NCBI GenBank assembly: GCA_050014495.1
Contig: JBEKDF010000006.1
Coordinates: 1-64,000, forward strand
From: Candidatus Bathyarchaeia archaeon
GTDB taxonomy: Archaea; Thermoproteota; Bathyarchaeia; TCS64
DNA: 64,000 nucleotides
Direction of reading: 5' to 3'
The notes beneath the pieces are model-generated. The model did no database searches. It saw only the letters and a program-made list of their open reading frames with translations, and was not told the origin of the DNA. Positions 60,644 through 64,000 of this stretch are shown piece after piece. Numbering within the stretch: the stretch's first letter is position 1; every line of letters starts with the position of its first letter. The position numbers were made by a program, and so were the translations under genes.

Positions 60644-61090
60644 ATGCAGAAGCAAACGCCGATGCTCCTCGAGGAAAGCTTTGCCGCTTATGGCCACCCC
60701 AATATACGCGCTACCCACGAGAAGACCATTGAAGTCACGAAGGATACACAACTCACAACTCAGGGAGACTGTATAGCCGCAGTTAGATCCGAAAAGGGGC
60801 TGATTGATCTTAACAAAGAGATGAGGGAGGCGGCGAGGAACCCAGAATCAATCATCTCACTAACACTTAGAGTGGGAGAAAGGGTCTTCACAACAGTGGG
60901 TAGAGGGGATCCCTCAATCACTTGGCGTCACCCAACCGATATGGTTGCTCGTATGAGTGGCTACATCTGTCCACGTACCCTCATGGTCTACGCCGATAAA
61001 GCTACTTTGCAAATGCCTCGCTCCTTCGTCCAGCTCCTCAAGGACCCAAACACAATAGTCAAGGTCATCATCTCTGTTGAGACTAGCTAA
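60644..61090 (+). CDS. DUF371 family protein
   Basis: GHPNIRATHEKTIEVTKD..LT..GDCI; RMS.YI.PRT..ADKA. Confidence 0.9.
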   Translation: MQKQTPMLLEESFAAYGHPNIRATHEKTIEVTKDTQLTTQGDCIAAVRSEKGLIDLNKEMREAARNPESIISLTLRVGERVFTTVGRGDPSITWRHPTDMVARMSGYICPRTLMVYADKATLQMPRSFVQLLKDPNTIVKVIISVETS

Positions 61091-61219
61091 CCGTGCGTGC
61101 TATCGTGAATCCCCCACACAATCATACTCTTCAATCAGAGTCGTACGCGTAGGGTACCACACGTTTTATAGCGTCTGGGGGGAAGATGGTTCACAATTTA
61201 ATCACTGGATGGTGGATGG

Positions 61220-62035
61220 ATGGTTACCAATGAGGGTCTAATCAAGATCTCTAGGGGGATACGAGCAGATGCTCTGCGCGAAACGACTGAGGCTGGGTCG
61301 GGTCACCCCGGCGGTAGCCTCAGCGCGACCGACATCCTGGTCACCCTCTATTGGGAAGTGTTGAGACACGACCCACGGAACCCGGGCTGGCCCGACAGGG
61401 ACAGGTTCATACTCAGTAAGGGGCATGCGGCCCCCGCTCTCTACGCTGTCCTCGCTAAACGGGGTTACTTCCCACGAGAGGAGCTTCACCACCTCAGGGA
61501 GTATGAGTCTATGCTCCAGGGCCACCCAGACGCGACACGAACACCGGGAGTCGAGGTTAGCAGCGGTAGCCTTGGGAATGGCCTCAGCATCGCTAGTGGT
61601 GTTGCCTCCGCATTGAAACTCGACGGGAGGAGTAGCAGAGTCTACTGCCTACTTGGGGACGGTGAGTGTGATGAGGGCCTAGTATGGGAGGCCGCCATGT
61701 TCGTGGCCCATAGGAAGCTCGATAACCTCACCGCCATAATCGACCGAAACGGACTACAGATAGACGGCCCAACGGAGAAGGTCCTCAGCCTCGAGCCACT
61801 GGCAGATAAGTGGCGTTCTTTCAACTGGAATGTAATCTGCGTCAACGGCCACGACTACGCCAAGCTACTCGCTGCCTTCGATGAGGCGAAGATCACCACA
61901 GGTAAACCAACCGTCATAATCGCTGACACCGTCAAGGGGAAGGGCGTCAGCTTCATGGAGGGGGTTGTCAGCTTCCACGGGAAGGCGTGCACATCCACGG
62001 AGCTTGAGACCGCTTGTAAGGAGCTGGAGGGATAG
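61220..62035 (+). CDS. Transketolase, N-terminal (ThDP-binding) subunit
   Basis: SGHPGGSLS, DRFILSKGHA, QGHP, GSLGNG, GDGE and TVKGKG motifs. Confidence 0.95.
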   Translation: MVTNEGLIKISRGIRADALRETTEAGSGHPGGSLSATDILVTLYWEVLRHDPRNPGWPDRDRFILSKGHAAPALYAVLAKRGYFPREELHHLREYESMLQGHPDATRTPGVEVSSGSLGNGLSIASGVASALKLDGRSSRVYCLLGDGECDEGLVWEAAMFVAHRKLDNLTAIIDRNGLQIDGPTEKVLSLEPLADKWRSFNWNVICVNGHDYAKLLAAFDEAKITTGKPTVIIADTVKGKGVSFMEGVVSFHGKACTSTELETACKELEG

Positions 62036-62037
62036 AG

Positions 62038-62976
62038 ATGAGTATTAAAGCAACCAGAGACGCCTACGGTGAGTGGCTAGTCGAGACAGGTAAAACCAAC
62101 AGAGACATAGTCGTAGTCGACGCTGACCTAGCAGAGTCCACAAAGACGATAATGTTCGGGAAGGCCTATCCTGACCGCTTCTTCGACGTAGGCGCTGCCG
62201 AGCAGAACCTCATAGATGTCGCTGCGGGTCTGGCTATAGGCGGCAAGAGGGTCTTCGCCAGTAGCTTCGCATATTTCCTAACTGGCAGGGCATGGGACCA
62301 GATCCGCAACATCGTCGCCCACGACAACCTCAACGTCTGCCTTGTAGCGAGCCACGGCGGCTTATCCGCAGCCGCTGATGGAGCGTCCCATCTTGCTCTC
62401 CAAGACGTATCCCTTATGCGAGTAATCCCAAACATGCGGGTCGTCGTCCCAGTCGACGCTGAGGAGACGAAGAGCGCTCTCGACACCGCCCTCAAGGAGG
62501 GAGGCCCATTCTACATGCGTCTACGCAGAGACAAAGAGCCAATCCTCCAGAAGAGCTACAAGTTCAAGCTTGGAAGGGCTGAGATCATGAGGGATGGAGA
62601 AGATGTCACGCTCGCTGCCTTCGGACCGATGGTGGACGCCTCCCTAAAGGCTGCCACAATACTCAAGGATATGATGATCGACGCGAGGGTCCTGAATATA
62701 CACACTGTAAAGCCACTCGACGGTGACGCCCTCGAGGCAGCGGCGAAGGCCACGGGTGCAATACTCACAATCGAGGACCACTCCGTCTACGGAGGGCTCG
62801 GCGGGGCAGTGGCTGAGTCCCTCTCAGAGAACTATCCAGTACTAATCACCAGGCTCGGGATTCCCGACGTCTACGCAGGCTCAAGCCGAAACGTTGATAG
62901 TTACCTAAAGGAATTCGGATTGACGCCGGATGCGATAGCGGCGAGGACAGAGCAGATCGTCGAGAATCGTAAATAA
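62038..62976 (+). CDS. Transketolase, C-terminal subunit
   Basis: DADLAEST, AEQN, DGASH and EDHSVYGGLG motifs. Confidence 0.95.
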   Translation: MSIKATRDAYGEWLVETGKTNRDIVVVDADLAESTKTIMFGKAYPDRFFDVGAAEQNLIDVAAGLAIGGKRVFASSFAYFLTGRAWDQIRNIVAHDNLNVCLVASHGGLSAAADGASHLALQDVSLMRVIPNMRVVVPVDAEETKSALDTALKEGGPFYMRLRRDKEPILQKSYKFKLGRAEIMRDGEDVTLAAFGPMVDASLKAATILKDMMIDARVLNIHTVKPLDGDALEAAAKATGAILTIEDHSVYGGLGGAVAESLSENYPVLITRLGIPDVYAGSSRNVDSYLKEFGLTPDAIAARTEQIVENRK

Positions 62977-63020
62977 ATAGCAGAATCAAGTTTTTTAACC
63001 CCTCTACACTCCCAACAATC

Positions 63021-63383
63021 ATGTTCTGGCTCGATGTCGACCTGGCGACACAGACGACGACCCTCCACAAAGGTGACTGCATCCACATCGAACCCACATC
63101 AACAGAGAGAAAGGGAGTCAACGAAATGCGAGCCGATGGAGGTTGGTTCAGCTTCAACTCAATTGGCGAAGCCATGAGGTTCTATAAAGTTAAAAGGCTC
63201 AGGGGTGAGGTTGCCTCCTGTCTATTTTGTAGACCCCTCGACAACTTGAGTGAGGTCACAATGGCGAAGCTAGACGTCAGTACACCGAGTACCGGTTGTG
63301 ATACAAACATCAAAGAGGTTGAAGTAATGGACACAAAATCAAACTACCGCCGCCTACTCTCCCGTCTCCTCAGCGACCGATGA
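63021..63383 (+). CDS. Hypothetical protein, possible Zn-binding (H..C..CxxC)
   Basis: LHKGDC..DGGWFSF..CLFCRP. Confidence 0.6.
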   Translation: MFWLDVDLATQTTTLHKGDCIHIEPTSTERKGVNEMRADGGWFSFNSIGEAMRFYKVKRLRGEVASCLFCRPLDNLSEVTMAKLDVSTPSTGCDTNIKEVEVMDTKSNYRRLLSRLLSDR

Positions 63384-63756
63384 ATCGGGGTATTATTGCG
63401 TTGGTTGACTAAATCTTGCATAAACCGGTTTTTCACCACCATTTTTTTCAATTCAGCGATGTGGCGAGGTACGCGCATCTGAGAGAATAATTCGGACATC
63501 TGAGTTTGAAGAGTGAGATTTGAAGAATTGTCAGATAGTAGGACACATGTAACGTCTCTGGCCGTTTTCCAGTCGATTGAGGACCGCGAAAGGGAGCTCT
63601 AGTCAGAGATGGAGAAGGGTTTAAATGATTCGTATGCTCGTCTCGACGAGTTTTTGGCGAAAGAATTAGCAAAATGATTATTATTAAATAGTTAATCATA
63701 AACGCGCGACTAACATCTGATAACAGATAGTCAACAATTAAAGAGAGGAAGATACT

Positions 63757-64000
63757 GTGCGCTTCATCGTTTACGGGGCCGGAGCCATCGGAAGTATAAT
63801 CGGAGGTCATCTCTATAGAACCGGTCACGATGTCGTTTTGGTCAGCAATCAGAGGCATGTTGACAAGATTAATGCTGATGGTCTAAGGTTGATCACACCC
63901 GAAGAAATACATGTTCTGAAGGTACCCGCTGTTAAGGAGGCAAAAGAATTATCCCCCTTCGGGGTGTATGATGTCGTCCTATTAACTGCTAAGTCTCAAC
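63757..64000 (+). CDS. panE: 2-dehydropantoate 2-reductase (ketopantoate reductase) family, 5' part, runs off the window
   Basis: Manual translation from GTG 63757: MRFIVYGAGAIGSIIGGHL..GHDVVLV..HVDKIN..GL..VVLLTAKSQ. Confidence 0.85.
   Translation, partial: MRFIVYGAGAIGSIIGGHLYRTGHDVVLVSNQRHVDKINADGLRLITPEEIHVLKVPAVKEAKELSPFGVYDVVLLTAKSQ

Noticed and set aside
3066..63175. Numerous 60-160 aa antisense or alternate-frame ORFs in the track
   Set aside because: They lie within well-supported genes and lack motifs; typical shadow ORFs
63448..63858. 136-aa minus-strand ORF
   Set aside because: Overlaps the real panE-like gene on the opposite strand and has no recognisable motif
1..64000. Integron-like cassette array explaining the patchwork of genes
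   Set aside because: Genes alternate orientation, there is no conserved attC-like hairpin and no integrase; only the short GC runs recur

Overview
64 kb of an archaeal chromosome. Gene content and the archaeal-type tRNA suggest an anaerobe, probably Bathyarchaeia; this is inference, with no marker gene seen. It is mostly a patchwork of accessory metabolic and transport genes: glucan phosphorylase, catalase, MgtA, Acr3, an RNase J-like MBL hydrolase, an F420 LLM oxidoreductase, MFS and ABC transporters, a UroD-family/corrinoid/core-MetE methyl-transfer trio, a serpin, split transketolase, panE and tRNA-Ala(GGC). No CRISPR array, transposase or integrase was seen. The most striking pattern is a set of short (GC)n or alternating purine-pyrimidine runs (GCGCGC, CGCGCG, ACGCGTGC) concentrated in otherwise AT-rich intergenic DNA. 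They sit at the deletion junctions of two decayed genes (ArgE-like at 34786, MFS at 38999) and at or near the cut ends of tiny gene remnants (RNase J-like 5' end at 9561, arsC at about 13300, fdhA 3' end at 26745). This suggests a deletion or repair process that leaves, or is targeted to, GC-repeat scars. The window also has many recent pseudogenes, a bacterial-style glycerate kinase plus catalytically rewired enolase pair at the tRNA 3' end, and a Cys-less TrpF paralog coupled to a PfkB kinase.
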